Part shown: one piece after another, positions 1 through 10,012 of the stretch
Numbering within the stretch: the stretch's first letter is position 1
How the letters are laid out: every line of letters begins with the position of its first letter
Assembly: GCA_964545575.1 (NCBI GenBank)
Contig: CAZJFL010000004.1
Location: 9,512-73,511 of the forward strand
From: an uncultured Planctomycetales bacterium
GTDB taxonomy: Bacteria; Omnitrophota; Gorgyraeia; Gygaellales; Profunditerraquicolaceae
Direction of reading: 5' to 3'
DNA length: 64,000 nucleotides
The notes under the pieces: model-generated
The model's input: the letters and a program-made list of their open reading frames with translations, nothing else
What the model was told of the DNA's origin: nothing
Database searches by the model: none
Made by a program: the position numbers and the translations under genes

Positions 1-33
1 TTCAGCACGCGAACAACATCCCGCAGCAGAATA
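1..33 (-). repeat. Partial third copy of the 166-bp element, truncated by the window edge
   Basis: gcacgcgaacaacatcccgcagcagaatat matches the copy-2 terminus gcacgcgaacaaacccgcagcaaaatat. Confidence 0.5.
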
Positions 34-35
34 TG

Positions 36-1133
36 CTAAAACATTTCTTCTTGCTTTTCTTTATTATATTTTAACCCGAAGTGTTCGAAGGCTATCTTAG
101 TGGCTATTCTGCCGCGCGCAGTGCGTTTCAGGAACCCGGATTTAAGCAGGTATGGCTCGATGGTATCCACGATCGTATCTACTTCTTCATTCATACTCGC
201 CGCCACCGATTCTACGCCTACCGGGCCGCCGCCGAAAGAATCAAGAATCACTTTCAGGACTTTGCGGTCCATATCGTCCAAGCCTGCCTTATCAATACCC
301 ATTTCATCCAGGGACTTGCTGGTTATTTGCATATTTATTTTATTCTGCTTGGCCACCTGCGCATAATCCCTGATACGCCTGAGCAGCCGGTTAGCCACGC
401 GCGGAGTGCCCCGGGCACGCCTGCCGATTTCTTCCGCCGCCTCCCCGTCTATTTCTACATCCAGGATCCTGGCTGAATGCCGGACAATCCTGGCCAGGTC
501 GTCTACGGCATAAAAATCCAGATGGTAAAATATGCCGAACCTCCCCCTTAAGGGAGCGGATAACAGGCCCACCCGCGTAGTCGCGCCGACAAGCGTAAAA
601 GGCTTTAGATTAAACTTAATGGTCTTAGCATACGGCCCTTTATCGATCACAAAATCGATCTGGAAACTTTCCATCGCCGGATAGAGAAACTCCTCGACGA
701 CCTTAGAAAGCCGGTGTATCTCGTCTATAAAAAGAATATCCCCAATTTCCAAGTTAGTTAAGATGCCGATTAAATCCCCGGCTCTTTCTATCGCCGGGCC
801 GGAAGTAGCGGTAATTTTTCCGCCCATCTCATGGGCGATAAGATGCGCTAAAGAAGTCTTGCCTAATCCCGGAGGGCCGCAAAGCAGGGCGTGCTCCAGA
901 GGCTCTTTTCTCTGTTTGGCCGCGCTCAGGCAGACCTTTAAGTTATCGACTGTTTCTTTCTGGCCGATAAAATCGGTAAGCTTATGCGGCCGCAAAGAAA
1001 TATTTAAAACCAGGTCCTCTTCGTCCTGCGCGGTATTATTAATTATGCGGCTGCTATCAATTAGTTTCTGCCTTGTTTCTTCTGTCATAGGGTATGATGT
1101 TTTCTTTGTTCCTGCCGATTTCAATCTCTTCAA
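36..1133 (-). CDS. ruvB: Holliday junction DNA helicase RuvB
   Basis: Walker A GPPGLGKTSLA, AAA+ RuvB N/C domain architecture. Start may be the internal Met near 1088 because of overlap with scpA. Confidence 0.9.
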   Translation of the reverse strand: MKRLKSAGTKKTSYPMTEETRQKLIDSSRIINNTAQDEEDLVLNISLRPHKLTDFIGQKETVDNLKVCLSAAKQRKEPLEHALLCGPPGLGKTSLAHLIAHEMGGKITATSGPAIERAGDLIGILTNLEIGDILFIDEIHRLSKVVEEFLYPAMESFQIDFVIDKGPYAKTIKFNLKPFTLVGATTRVGLLSAPLRGRFGIFYHLDFYAVDDLARIVRHSARILDVEIDGEAAEEIGRRARGTPRVANRLLRRIRDYAQVAKQNKINMQITSKSLDEMGIDKAGLDDMDRKVLKVILDSFGGGPVGVESVAASMNEEVDTIVDTIEPYLLKSGFLKRTARGRIATKIAFEHFGLKYNKEKQEEMF

Positions 1134-1812
1134 ATAGCCCTCTCTGCCAGGCGACTATTTCTTTCAGGCGGATCAGCTCCAAAATCGCCAAAAATATTAC
1201 CACCATCTCTATTTTATTGTTCGCCTGCGAAAATAACTGGGAAATTCGCGCCGAGGGCTTCTCCAATAAGAGGTGCAGGATGGCATGGATTTTTTCTTCG
1301 ACGGTAAACTCATCCTTGATGACTTCGTAGAATACCTCCCTGGGTATATCCTCCATGGCCTTGGAAAAAACGCTGATCAGGTCAAAGAGGCTGGCCTCAA
1401 AATAAACCTCGCCTTCCGCGGGCTCCCCTGTTTTAGCCTCAGCCCTAGGCCGCTTAAATACCTCCTGCTGGGCAACTTCCTTCTGCCTTAAATTTTCGGC
1501 GATCTCCTTAAACTTTTCGTACTCTAACAGGCGCTTTATCAGTTCCGCGCGCGGATCCTCTTTTTCCTCGAGGCTCGCGGGATCCGGGGGAAGCAGCATC
1601 TTGGATTTAATCTGCATCAGGGTTGCCGCCATTACTAAAAACTCTCCCGCGATATTTAAATCCAGGAGTTTCATTAATTCCAGGTATCGCAGGTACTGCT
1701 CGGTGACCCTGGCGATGGGGATATCATAGATATTCAAGTGGTCTTTTTTAACCAGATATAAAAGCAGGTCCAGCGGCCCCTCGAACACCTCTAATCTTAC
1801 TTTATAACTCAT
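1057..1812 (-). CDS. scpA: Segregation and condensation protein A (ScpA)
   Basis: N-terminal LEVFEGPLDLLLYLVKK motif typical of ScpA; 4-bp overlap with trpS. Confidence 0.8.
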   Translation of the reverse strand: MSYKVRLEVFEGPLDLLLYLVKKDHLNIYDIPIARVTEQYLRYLELMKLLDLNIAGEFLVMAATLMQIKSKMLLPPDPASLEEKEDPRAELIKRLLEYEKFKEIAENLRQKEVAQQEVFKRPRAEAKTGEPAEGEVYFEASLFDLISVFSKAMEDIPREVFYEVIKDEFTVEEKIHAILHLLLEKPSARISQLFSQANNKIEMVVIFLAILELIRLKEIVAWQRGLFEEIEIGRNKENIIPYDRRNKAETN

Positions 1813-2789
1813 ATCTTCATCAGGCTTTTTACCTCCGCCAGCGTCTTTGCGGCTAAGCCGGAAGCCTTTTTTCTGCCTTCTTCTAATATTTTTTCTATTT
1901 TACCTTTATCACTGGCTAATTCCTGGCGTCTTTTATGTAAAGGGGCTAATTTTTCAATCAAGCCCGCAGCGAATCTTTTCTTGCATTCAGTACATCCTGC
2001 TTTGGCGTTGGTGCACCAATCATAGACTTCGTCTTTAAGCCCGGGGATAAAGGTAGAGTAGTAGGCGAAAACGTTGCAGACGCCGGGATGCCCTTTATCA
2101 CTAAGCCTTATCCTTTGGGGGTCGGTAATCATGCTGGAAACTTTTGTTTTAAGTACCTCCTCCGAATCCGAAAGGTTAATGGTGTTATCGTAGCTCTTAC
2201 TCATCTTCCTCCCGTCTAAACCTAAAAGGCGCGGCGTCTCGGTTAATATAGCTTCTGGATCGGGAAAGACTTGTTTTTTATAAAGGCTGTTAAAACGGCG
2301 GGCGATTTCGCGGGTCAGCTCAAGATGCGGCAACTGGTCTTCTCCCACCGGAACTTTTTCTGCTTTATAAACTAAAATATCCGCGGCCTGCAGCACGGGA
2401 TACCCTAAGAAGCCATAAGTATTTAAATCGCGTGTTTTTATCTCTCTGAGCTGCTCTTTATAAGTAGGGCACCTCTCCAGCCATCCTAAAGGCGTAAAGC
2501 AGGAGAAGATCATCGAAAGCGCTAAGTGCTCCGGAACCTGGGATTGCACAAAGATAGTTGATTCTTCGGGGTCGATACCGGCGCTGAGCCAGTCTATTAC
2601 ATTATCCACGGCTGATTCCGATAAAACCGCAGGATGCTCGTATTCGCTCATCAGCGCATGCCAGTCTGCGACCATAAAAAAACAATCGTATTCCTGCTGT
2701 AATTTTACCCAATTATCCAATGCCCCGACCAGATGCCCTAGATGTAATTTGCCCGTCGGACGCATGCCGCTCAAAACCCGCTTTTTCAT
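1809..2789 (-). CDS. trpS: Tryptophanyl-tRNA synthetase
   Basis: Class I aaRS HIGH-like (TGKLHLGH) and KMSKS motifs; 326 aa. Confidence 0.9.
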   Translation of the reverse strand: MKKRVLSGMRPTGKLHLGHLVGALDNWVKLQQEYDCFFMVADWHALMSEYEHPAVLSESAVDNVIDWLSAGIDPEESTIFVQSQVPEHLALSMIFSCFTPLGWLERCPTYKEQLREIKTRDLNTYGFLGYPVLQAADILVYKAEKVPVGEDQLPHLELTREIARRFNSLYKKQVFPDPEAILTETPRLLGLDGRKMSKSYDNTINLSDSEEVLKTKVSSMITDPQRIRLSDKGHPGVCNVFAYYSTFIPGLKDEVYDWCTNAKAGCTECKKRFAAGLIEKLAPLHKRRQELASDKGKIEKILEEGRKKASGLAAKTLAEVKSLMKI

Positions 2790-4933
2790 AATTTTCTCGC
2801 TATCTTCTCTATCTCATATGCTTCAATAATGTCGCCTTCCTGATAGCTATCGAAACCGCCCAGGGCAATGCCGCATTCAAATCCTTCGGCGACTTCCCGC
2901 ACGTCATCTTTAAAACGTTTTAGCGAAGAAATATTCCCTTCGAAAATAGCCTCGCCGTTACGCACTAAAGTCACGGAGGCGGAACGGGTGATTTTACCCT
3001 TAGAAACGAAACATCCGGCGATGGTGCCGGAGCGGGAGACCTTAAAAACCTTCCTTACCTCTACCCTGCCTAAGAAGACCTTTTTTAATTTCGGTTCCAG
3101 CATCCCCTCCAGGGCCGCTTTGACATCATTGGCTAATTCATAAATGACGCTATAGGTCCTCATTTCCACGCCTTCCTGGGCGAGCAGCTCTTTGGCGCGC
3201 TCGTCGCTGGTCACGTGAAAACCCAGTATCAGCGCATTCGAGGCCGCAGCCAGTATTACATCCGAAGAGTTTATATTGCCTACGCCTTCGTGGATAATAT
3301 CTAATTTTATCTCTTCAAGCTTCAACTTGTTTAAGGTATCCCTGATCGCCTCGATAGAGCCGCGCACATCGGACTTAATCACCAGTTTAAGTTCTTTGAT
3401 CTTGCCTTCCTTAATCTGGGAGTGGAGGTCTTCCAGGCTGATTCTCTTGATGGTCTTTATTTCCGATTGCCTCTGGCTTTCTTCCCTTTTACTGGTTAAT
3501 TCCTTGGCCAGCCTCTCGTCTTCAATCGCAAAAAACTGCTCTCCGGCCTGCGGAACACCCGCCAGCCCCAGGATCTCAACCGGCACAGAAGGCCCGGCGG
3601 AAGTCACTGCCTGGCCGCGGTCATTAAACATCGCCCTGATCTTACCGTAATATTTACCGACAATGATATTCTCATTCAGGTGCAAAGTCCCGTTCTGCAC
3701 GATGAGAGTCGCTACCGGCCCCCTGCCTTTGGATAATTTTGCCTCCAGCACCACTCCTTTAGCTAATTTATTGGGGTTTGCCTTTAATTCCAGCATCTGG
3801 GCTTCCAGAAGTATCATCTCCAATAAGTTATCGATACCCTCACCGGTCTTGGCGGAAACCGGCACGGTGATAGTCTTGCCACCCCAGTCCTCGCTCATCA
3901 GATCAAGTTTAGAGAGCTGTTTTTTCACCCGGTCCAGGTCAGCCTGCGGCTTATCTATTTTATTGAGCGCCACAATGATAGTCACCCCGGCAGCCCGGGC
4001 ATGGTCTATGGCTTCCTCTGTCTGAGGCATAATGCCGTCATCCGCCGCCACCACCAGGACCACGATATCGGTAACGCTTGCCCCCCGCGCGCGCATCGCG
4101 GTAAAAGCCTCATGGCCAGGGGTATCTAAAAAGGTGATATACCCGTGCGCCAGGCTTACCCGATAGGCTCCGATATGCTGGGTGATGCCGCCGTGTTCTG
4201 ATTCGGCAACTTTAGTCTTTCTGATCGCATCCAGGAGCGAAGTCTTACCGTGGTCTACATGACCCATAAAAGTCACTATCGGAGAACGCATCTTAAGCAG
4301 CTTAGGGTCATCGGCTTCTTCGTGTATGCGCAGGGCTAACTCCTCTCTTCCGGGAGCCTTTTTTATCTGGAAGCCGAACTTGGCGCAAATCTCGGCCGCT
4401 ATTCCTTCCTCCAAGTTTTGGTTTATCCCCACCATCACCCTTCTATCGAGTAGCATTTTAATTAAGGCAGACGGCTTTTCCTGTAATTTCACCGCCAGGT
4501 CTTTAACCGTGAGGGGAAAATCTAATTCTATTTCTTTTAACTCTACTTTTGGGACGGGCGCAGCCGGTTTAACTTCCGGTACCGGCGGTTTGATTTCTTC
4601 GGCTTTTTCTTTAGGGGCTACTTTAGGATGCACTACTCTCGGCGGCACCGGCATACTCACTACCGGCTTTGCGGCTTCCTGCGGCTTAAGAGGCTGTAGC
4701 GGGGCTTCGACGCTTGCGGGCTTCTTCGGTTTTTCTGCGGGTAGCTTCTCTATGGCTGCCTTTTTTACTGCGGCAGCCGGCTTTTTTACTTTGGCGGTAA
4801 CGGGCTTAGCCAGCGCCTTAACAACAGTTTTTTTCACCGCCTTTGGCAGAGCAGGTTTGCCGGCGGTTTTCCGGGTAATCTTAATCTTATTGACCTTTTT
4901 AGTTTCTGCTTTTGCTTTTTTTGCTTTTGCCAT
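2786..4933 (-). CDS. infB: Translation initiation factor IF-2
   Basis: GTPase G1 [21 protein letters not shown]. Lys/Pro/Ala-rich N-terminal low-complexity region; 715 aa. Confidence 0.92.
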   Translation of the reverse strand: MAKAKKAKAETKKVNKIKITRKTAGKPALPKAVKKTVVKALAKPVTAKVKKPAAAVKKAAIEKLPAEKPKKPASVEAPLQPLKPQEAAKPVVSMPVPPRVVHPKVAPKEKAEEIKPPVPEVKPAAPVPKVELKEIELDFPLTVKDLAVKLQEKPSALIKMLLDRRVMVGINQNLEEGIAAEICAKFGFQIKKAPGREELALRIHEEADDPKLLKMRSPIVTFMGHVDHGKTSLLDAIRKTKVAESEHGGITQHIGAYRVSLAHGYITFLDTPGHEAFTAMRARGASVTDIVVLVVAADDGIMPQTEEAIDHARAAGVTIIVALNKIDKPQADLDRVKKQLSKLDLMSEDWGGKTITVPVSAKTGEGIDNLLEMILLEAQMLELKANPNKLAKGVVLEAKLSKGRGPVATLIVQNGTLHLNENIIVGKYYGKIRAMFNDRGQAVTSAGPSVPVEILGLAGVPQAGEQFFAIEDERLAKELTSKREESQRQSEIKTIKRISLEDLHSQIKEGKIKELKLVIKSDVRGSIEAIRDTLNKLKLEEIKLDIIHEGVGNINSSDVILAAASNALILGFHVTSDERAKELLAQEGVEMRTYSVIYELANDVKAALEGMLEPKLKKVFLGRVEVRKVFKVSRSGTIAGCFVSKGKITRSASVTLVRNGEAIFEGNISSLKRFKDDVREVAEGFECGIALGGFDSYQEGDIIEAYEIEKIARKL

Positions 4934-6128
4934 CGCTACCTACTTTTTGTTCGAGCTTGCGGGCCTCTTTGAACAACTTTTCTGCTTTCTTCTCCCCTAT
5001 CCCTTTCACTTTCAATAGATCCTGGGGTCCGGCTTTCAAAATATCCTCTATAGTTTTAAAGCCTGCATCCGCAAGTGCTGCCAGAGTCTTTTCTCCCACC
5101 CCTCGTAATTGCTCCAGGGTTTGGCCCTCTCCAGCCTCCGGAACTTCCTGTATTCCTGCCTTTTCTGCTTCGGCTTTCACCGCGGCGAGAGCAGATTTAG
5201 CGCGTATATCTAACTCCCAACCGATGATCTTTGAAGCCAAGCGTACATTCTGCCCGTGTTTGCCGATAGATAAAGAAAGCTGGTCGTCATCCACGCATAC
5301 CTCAGCCCGCATTTTTTCTTTGTCCAGCTTGATCTCGGCTATCTTTGCCGGAGAAAGCGCTGCTTTAATATATTCCTTGATATCCTCATTATAGCGCACA
5401 ATATCGATTTTCTCTCCGTTTAATTCATTGACGATGTTCCTGACGCGGTTACCGCGCATCCCCACGCAGGCGCCCACAGAGTCTACTTTATCGTTCTTAG
5501 ACCGGACCGCGATTTTAGTGCGTTCTCCCGGCTGGCGGGCGATGGCTTTTATCTCGACGATACCTTCGTAAATCTCCGGCACCTCCAGCTCAAATAATTT
5601 CTTGACAAAGTTAGGATGGGTGCGGGATAAAATAATCTGCGGCCCCTTGACGTCCTTTTTTACTTCCACAACATAAGCGCGGATGCGCTGGCCCTGCCTG
5701 AAATCTTCTCCCGGAGACTGTTCGCGTTTCAGGAGAATCCCTTCGGCTTTGCCTAAAAGATCGACGACAATATTGCCTTTATCAAACCTGTACACCGTGC
5801 CCGAGACTATCTCGCCGACCCGGCCCTGGAATTCGGCAAAGACCACGTCTTTTTCCGCCTCGCGTATCTTCTGTATAATCACCTGCCGCGCCGTAGAGGC
5901 TGCAATACGGCCGAAATCTATGGATTTGATTTCCTCGTTATTGCGGGTAGCTTTGATCTTGCCGGTATTACGGTCAATTTCGATTTTAAGCTCTTCTTCG
6001 GGCTTTACGTCAATGACCTTGCGCGCGGCAGTTAAAAGCGCGCTCTCCACCGCCTCTAAAAGCACTTCTTTTTTGATGCCTTTTTCTCGCTCGATCTGCT
6101 CCAGTATCGCTAACAATTCTTGACTCAT
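4899..6128 (-). CDS. nusA: Transcription termination/antitermination factor NusA
   Basis: NusA N-terminal domain, S1 and KH domains, C-terminal HhH repeat; conserved rimP-nusA-infB order. Confidence 0.9.
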   Translation of the reverse strand: MSQELLAILEQIEREKGIKKEVLLEAVESALLTAARKVIDVKPEEELKIEIDRNTGKIKATRNNEEIKSIDFGRIAASTARQVIIQKIREAEKDVVFAEFQGRVGEIVSGTVYRFDKGNIVVDLLGKAEGILLKREQSPGEDFRQGQRIRAYVVEVKKDVKGPQIILSRTHPNFVKKLFELEVPEIYEGIVEIKAIARQPGERTKIAVRSKNDKVDSVGACVGMRGNRVRNIVNELNGEKIDIVRYNEDIKEYIKAALSPAKIAEIKLDKEKMRAEVCVDDDQLSLSIGKHGQNVRLASKIIGWELDIRAKSALAAVKAEAEKAGIQEVPEAGEGQTLEQLRGVGEKTLAALADAGFKTIEDILKAGPQDLLKVKGIGEKKAEKLFKEARKLEQKVGSDGKSKKSKSRN

Positions 6129-6148
6129 TTTGATCTCCGCTTAAGGTC

Positions 6149-6610
6149 CTACCCTATTACTTGTTTTGCTTTGGTTATCTTAGCTAAAGGAATCTCTATA
6201 TTTCTACCATCCGCATCTACCACGAGGTAATCATCTTTTATTGCCTGTATCAAGCCCTCAATCTCGGTTTTATTCTCCAGGGCTTCCCCTAAGAAAACCC
6301 TCACCATTTTATTTAAACAACGCAGGAAATCCTCTTTTGTTTCCAGCGGCCGGTCTATCCCGGGAGAAGATACCTCTAAAATATACCTACCGGGCAATAA
6401 ATCTTTTTCGTCAAGCGCTAGGCCTATCTCTTTATTCAGGCGGGAACATTCTGCTAAGTTTATGCCTCCCTCGGGCCTGTCCGCCAGGATGCGTAAAAAC
6501 AGATCCCTGCCTTCATACCTGTAGATGATATCCACCAATTCAAAGCCTTCTCTCTTTAAATGGTCTCTGATCAGGGCCTCTAATTCCCGCGACATCTCCT
6601 GTCTAACCAT
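6149..6610 (-). CDS. rimP: Ribosome maturation factor RimP
   Basis: RimP/YhbC family signature (LEVSSPGIDRPL); position upstream of nusA. Confidence 0.85.
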   Translation of the reverse strand: MVRQEMSRELEALIRDHLKREGFELVDIIYRYEGRDLFLRILADRPEGGINLAECSRLNKEIGLALDEKDLLPGRYILEVSSPGIDRPLETKEDFLRCLNKMVRVFLGEALENKTEIEGLIQAIKDDYLVVDADGRNIEIPLAKITKAKQVIG

Positions 6611-7853
6611 TAAAATACCCTTTTATCTTTTTTAAAACCGCCTCTTTAGTATCGATGAACTTTTCACTACTCCGGCGCACTTTAAGCTCCAGGGTAGAGT
6701 TTTTTAAAGATTCTTTTCCGATAATCAACTGCAAGCTAATACCCAAGAGGTCGGCATCTTTAAACTTTACTCCGGCGCGCTCATCACGGTCATCGAGAAG
6801 TGTTGTAATCCCCTGCTTTTCCAAATCATTATAGATATCCAAAGCTATCTCCATAATTTTTTTATCGGTTACATCCAAGGGTAAAACAACTACTTTGTAA
6901 GGCGTGACTTCATCGGGCCAGATAATGCCAGCTGTGTCGTAATTCTGTTCGATGATCGCCGCAATCATCCTCGAGACCCCTATGCCGTAGCAGCCCATGA
7001 TCACCGGTTTCTGCCTGCCGCCGGCATCGAGAAAATTAGCGCCTAATGCCAGGCTGTATTTAACCCCTAATTTAAAGATATGGCCCACTTCAACGCAATT
7101 GACTTTTTCTAATTTCACCTTGCACTTATGACAGGCCTCTTCTTTTGCCTGATTAAAAGGCTTAACCAGTTTACACTTCGGGCAAACCGAAACGATGTCT
7201 TCTCCGCTTGCCGCCGGCACCATAAACTCATGCGAAACATTCCCTCCCATTACCCCGGGGTCTGCTTCTAGCGACAGGCAATTCAGGCCGCACCTTTTAA
7301 AGATATTTTTATAAGCCTGCTGCATCGCCTGGTAATTTTTATCCAGGCCCTCCTCATCCTTATCGAAACTATAGGCGTCTTTCATGATGAACTCGCAGGC
7401 CCTGACTACCCCGAAACGCGGGCGGATCTCGTCGCGGAACTTAGTCTGTATCTGATAAAGAACCAAAGGTAATTGCTTATAGGAAGAAACGTGGTTTTTA
7501 ACCAGCTCGGTGATTACCTCTTCGTGCGTCGGACCGAGGCAGACTTTCCTGCCCCTTCTGTCGGTGAACCTGATCATCACTTCCGCGATAACCTTATCGC
7601 GGCCGGAATTAATCCAAAGCTCCTCTGGCTGTAAAGCCGGAAGCAAGAGTTCATTTGCGCCACAGGCATCCATCTCCTGGCGGATGATATTTTCAATATT
7701 ATTTAATACCTTCAATCCGAGGGGCAGGTAAGAATACACCCCGGCCATGAGCATACGGACGAGCCCCGCGCGCAACATCAGCTGATGGCTGACGGATTCT
7801 GCCTCCTGCGGAGTCTCTTTTAAGGTAGGTATAAAGGTTTTAGACCAGAGCAT
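6603..7853 (-). CDS. proS: Prolyl-tRNA synthetase, short form lacking INS editing domain, with Cys4 ribbon insert
   Basis: Bacterial-type N-terminus (FIPTLKETPQEAE..SHQLMLRAG), class II motifs; only 416 aa; CPKCK...CHKCK motif where the INS domain normally sits. Confidence 0.85.
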   Translation of the reverse strand: MLWSKTFIPTLKETPQEAESVSHQLMLRAGLVRMLMAGVYSYLPLGLKVLNNIENIIRQEMDACGANELLLPALQPEELWINSGRDKVIAEVMIRFTDRRGRKVCLGPTHEEVITELVKNHVSSYKQLPLVLYQIQTKFRDEIRPRFGVVRACEFIMKDAYSFDKDEEGLDKNYQAMQQAYKNIFKRCGLNCLSLEADPGVMGGNVSHEFMVPAASGEDIVSVCPKCKLVKPFNQAKEEACHKCKVKLEKVNCVEVGHIFKLGVKYSLALGANFLDAGGRQKPVIMGCYGIGVSRMIAAIIEQNYDTAGIIWPDEVTPYKVVVLPLDVTDKKIMEIALDIYNDLEKQGITTLLDDRDERAGVKFKDADLLGISLQLIIGKESLKNSTLELKVRRSSEKFIDTKEAVLKKIKGYFNG

Positions 7854-7861
7854 TTTGCTTT

Positions 7862-8920
7862 CTACTGCCTCCCTATCTCTCTAAGCAGCACCTCTGTGCA
7901 TTTATGGTAAGGTATTTTTCTTATGGGTTTTCCCTTTTTAAAGAGGAGGCCTTGCTTTTTTCCAAAAGCAATTCCGATATCCGCGCCCTTAGCTTCTCCG
8001 GGGCCGTTAACTACACAGCCCATTATGGCTATCTTAGGTAGCCGGGTCGATAGTCGATAGTCGATAGTCGATAGTCGGGATTCTAAATCTCTGACTATTT
8101 TTACTAAATCCACTTCGCAGCGGCCGCAAGTCGGGCAGCTGATGATTTCCGGGCCAAAATGGCGCAAGTCCAAAGATTCTAAAATATCCCGGGCAGCTCT
8201 TACCTCTTCCTCGGGGCTGGCGGTCAGGGAAACCCTGATTGTATCGCCGATCCCTTCGGATAATAAAGCGCCGATAGCGATGCTGGATTTTATTGCGCCT
8301 TGCCGGGGCAATCCGGCCGCCGTAACTCCCAGATGCAGCGGGTAATCGCAAAGCCTGGCAATCTTACGGTAAGCCAAAATCGTCTCTAGTGCCGCGGACG
8401 CCTTCAGCGAAATTACTATATCATAAAACTTTAATTTCTCTATTTTTTTCACATAATCTAAAGCGCTCTGCACCAATCTTTCCGAAAGACTTAATCTGTG
8501 CGAATTTAAATCTCTTAAGGAGCCGGAATTAACCCCTATCCGCAAAGGTATTTTCGCCTGCTTCAGGGCGCTGGTGATTTCTTTTATTTCTTTATCTTTA
8601 TAGATATTACCCGGGTTTAACCTGATTTTATCCGCGCCGTTATCTATTGCTGCCAGGGCCAAGCGCCAGGAAAAGTGGATATCCGCGACTACCGGTATCG
8701 CGGTATTGGCCTTGATGCGCTTTATGGCTTGGGCATCCCGGATATCTTTAACCGCCACGCGCACAATCTCGCAACCAGCAGCCTCTAAGGCGCGAAGCTG
8801 CTTTAATGTCTTGGCGATATCTGCAGTTTTAGCCTTAGCCATCGACTGTATGGCTATTGGGTTATTGCCGCCGATATAAATACTGCCGATTTTGACGATT
8901 TTACTCTTACGCCTGTTCAT
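7862..8920 (-). CDS. ispG: 4-hydroxy-3-methylbut-2-enyl diphosphate synthase IspG (GcpE)
   Basis: TIM-barrel N-domain, C-terminal CPTCGRC [4Fe-4S] motif and GCVVNGPGE; contains an in-frame heptanucleotide microsatellite. Confidence 0.9.
   Translation of the reverse strand: MNRRKSKIVKIGSIYIGGNNPIAIQSMAKAKTADIAKTLKQLRALEAAGCEIVRVAVKDIRDAQAIKRIKANTAIPVVADIHFSWRLALAAIDNGADKIRLNPGNIYKDKEIKEITSALKQAKIPLRIGVNSGSLRDLNSHRLSLSERLVQSALDYVKKIEKLKFYDIVISLKASAALETILAYRKIARLCDYPLHLGVTAAGLPRQGAIKSSIAIGALLSEGIGDTIRVSLTASPEEEVRAARDILESLDLRHFGPEIISCPTCGRCEVDLVKIVRDLESRLSTIDYRLSTRLPKIAIMGCVVNGPGEAKGADIGIAFGKKQGLLFKKGKPIRKIPYHKCTEVLLREIGRQ
8046..8078. repeat. Tandem heptanucleotide repeat (GTCGATA)x4 plus a partial unit inside ispG; encodes RLSTIDY-RLST
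   Basis: Direct reading of the sequence gtcgatagtcgatagtcgatagtcgatagtcgg; 3 units equal 21 bp, preserving frame. Confidence 0.9.
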
Positions 8921-8925
8921 TTATA

Positions 8926-10008
8926 TTATCTTTGTAAAAATTTGGCTATTTTATCCCCGAATAACCTGCTTAAATCATTATAAGTGACGATTATCGCCAG
9001 GGAAAATATCACGGTTAATCCGATCTGGGTGACAATGCGCTCTGCCTTAAGGCTTAAGGTTTTGCCTCTTATTTTCTCGACCAGCAAAAACAAAAGGTGC
9101 CCGCCGTCTAAGACCGGGATGGGCAGGAGATTAAAGATGGCTAAGCTGACACTTAATACCGCGACCAGATGCAGGAGCGCGATAATACCCAGGCTTGCGG
9201 CTTGAGAAGTTATGTAAAATATCCCCAGCGGACCGGTCATAGATTCGCGCATCGAGAGTTTCCCGTTGATTATACGCCAAAGCGCTTTATAAGTCAGGAG
9301 TGTTAAGTCCCCGGTTTTTTTAAAGGCTAGCCAGAAAGATTCCAGGAATCCGTGCTTTACCTTTACGATTTCATCAAAAGGCGTAATGCCGATCAGGCCG
9401 ACGCTACGTTTCTGCCCCAGCTGATCATCCATGGATTTCTCTTTTATCCTGACATTTATATCGAGTTTCTTCTCTCGCCTAACCACAGAAAGCTTAACCG
9501 TGCCGGCGGCTTTTTTACTCTGGATTTTTTTCTGCAGCTCTTCCCAGAAATCTACTCCTTCACCGTCCACGGCGGTAATTTTATCGCCGACCTGCATGCC
9601 GGCCTCTTTTGCCGGGAAACCGTCGAGCAAGCCTCCTACTTTATTGGTTAACGTAGGGTAGCCGGCAAAGAAAATAAACCAGAAACACAAGAATCCCAAA
9701 ACGTAATTCAAGAGGGGGCCGAAAAATATGACTGCCGCGCGCTGTTTCGGGGGACGGGATAGAAATTCATCCGGATTACCCTTACACTCTTCCAAGTTAT
9801 CCCCGGCCAGTTTTACGTATCCGCCCACCGGGATTAAATTGAGCGAATATTCCGTATCGCGTTTCTTTTTGCTTACGATCCGCGGCCCGAAACCTAAAGA
9901 AAACTTCTCAACTTTAACGCCTATTCTTTTGGCGACGATGAAATGGCCGAACTCATGCACTAATATGAGCAGCCCTAAAATAAAGAAAAAAATAAGTAAG
10001 TGGACCAT
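8926..10008 (-). CDS. rseP: Site-2 zinc metalloprotease RseP family
   Basis: HEFGHF zinc motif, internal PDZ domain, multiple TM segments; conserved position after ispG. Confidence 0.88.
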   Translation of the reverse strand: MVHLLIFFFILGLLILVHEFGHFIVAKRIGVKVEKFSLGFGPRIVSKKKRDTEYSLNLIPVGGYVKLAGDNLEECKGNPDEFLSRPPKQRAAVIFFGPLLNYVLGFLCFWFIFFAGYPTLTNKVGGLLDGFPAKEAGMQVGDKITAVDGEGVDFWEELQKKIQSKKAAGTVKLSVVRREKKLDINVRIKEKSMDDQLGQKRSVGLIGITPFDEIVKVKHGFLESFWLAFKKTGDLTLLTYKALWRIINGKLSMRESMTGPLGIFYITSQAASLGIIALLHLVAVLSVSLAIFNLLPIPVLDGGHLLFLLVEKIRGKTLSLKAERIVTQIGLTVIFSLAIIVTYNDLSRLFGDKIAKFLQR

Positions 10009-10012
10009 CGGC

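Noticed and set aside
4326-5018. 230-aa plus-strand ORF antisense to infB/nusA
   Set aside because: Overlaps well-supported infB. Low-complexity Gly/Ala/Ser translation of the opposite strand of the Lys/Ala/Pro-rich IF-2 N-terminus.
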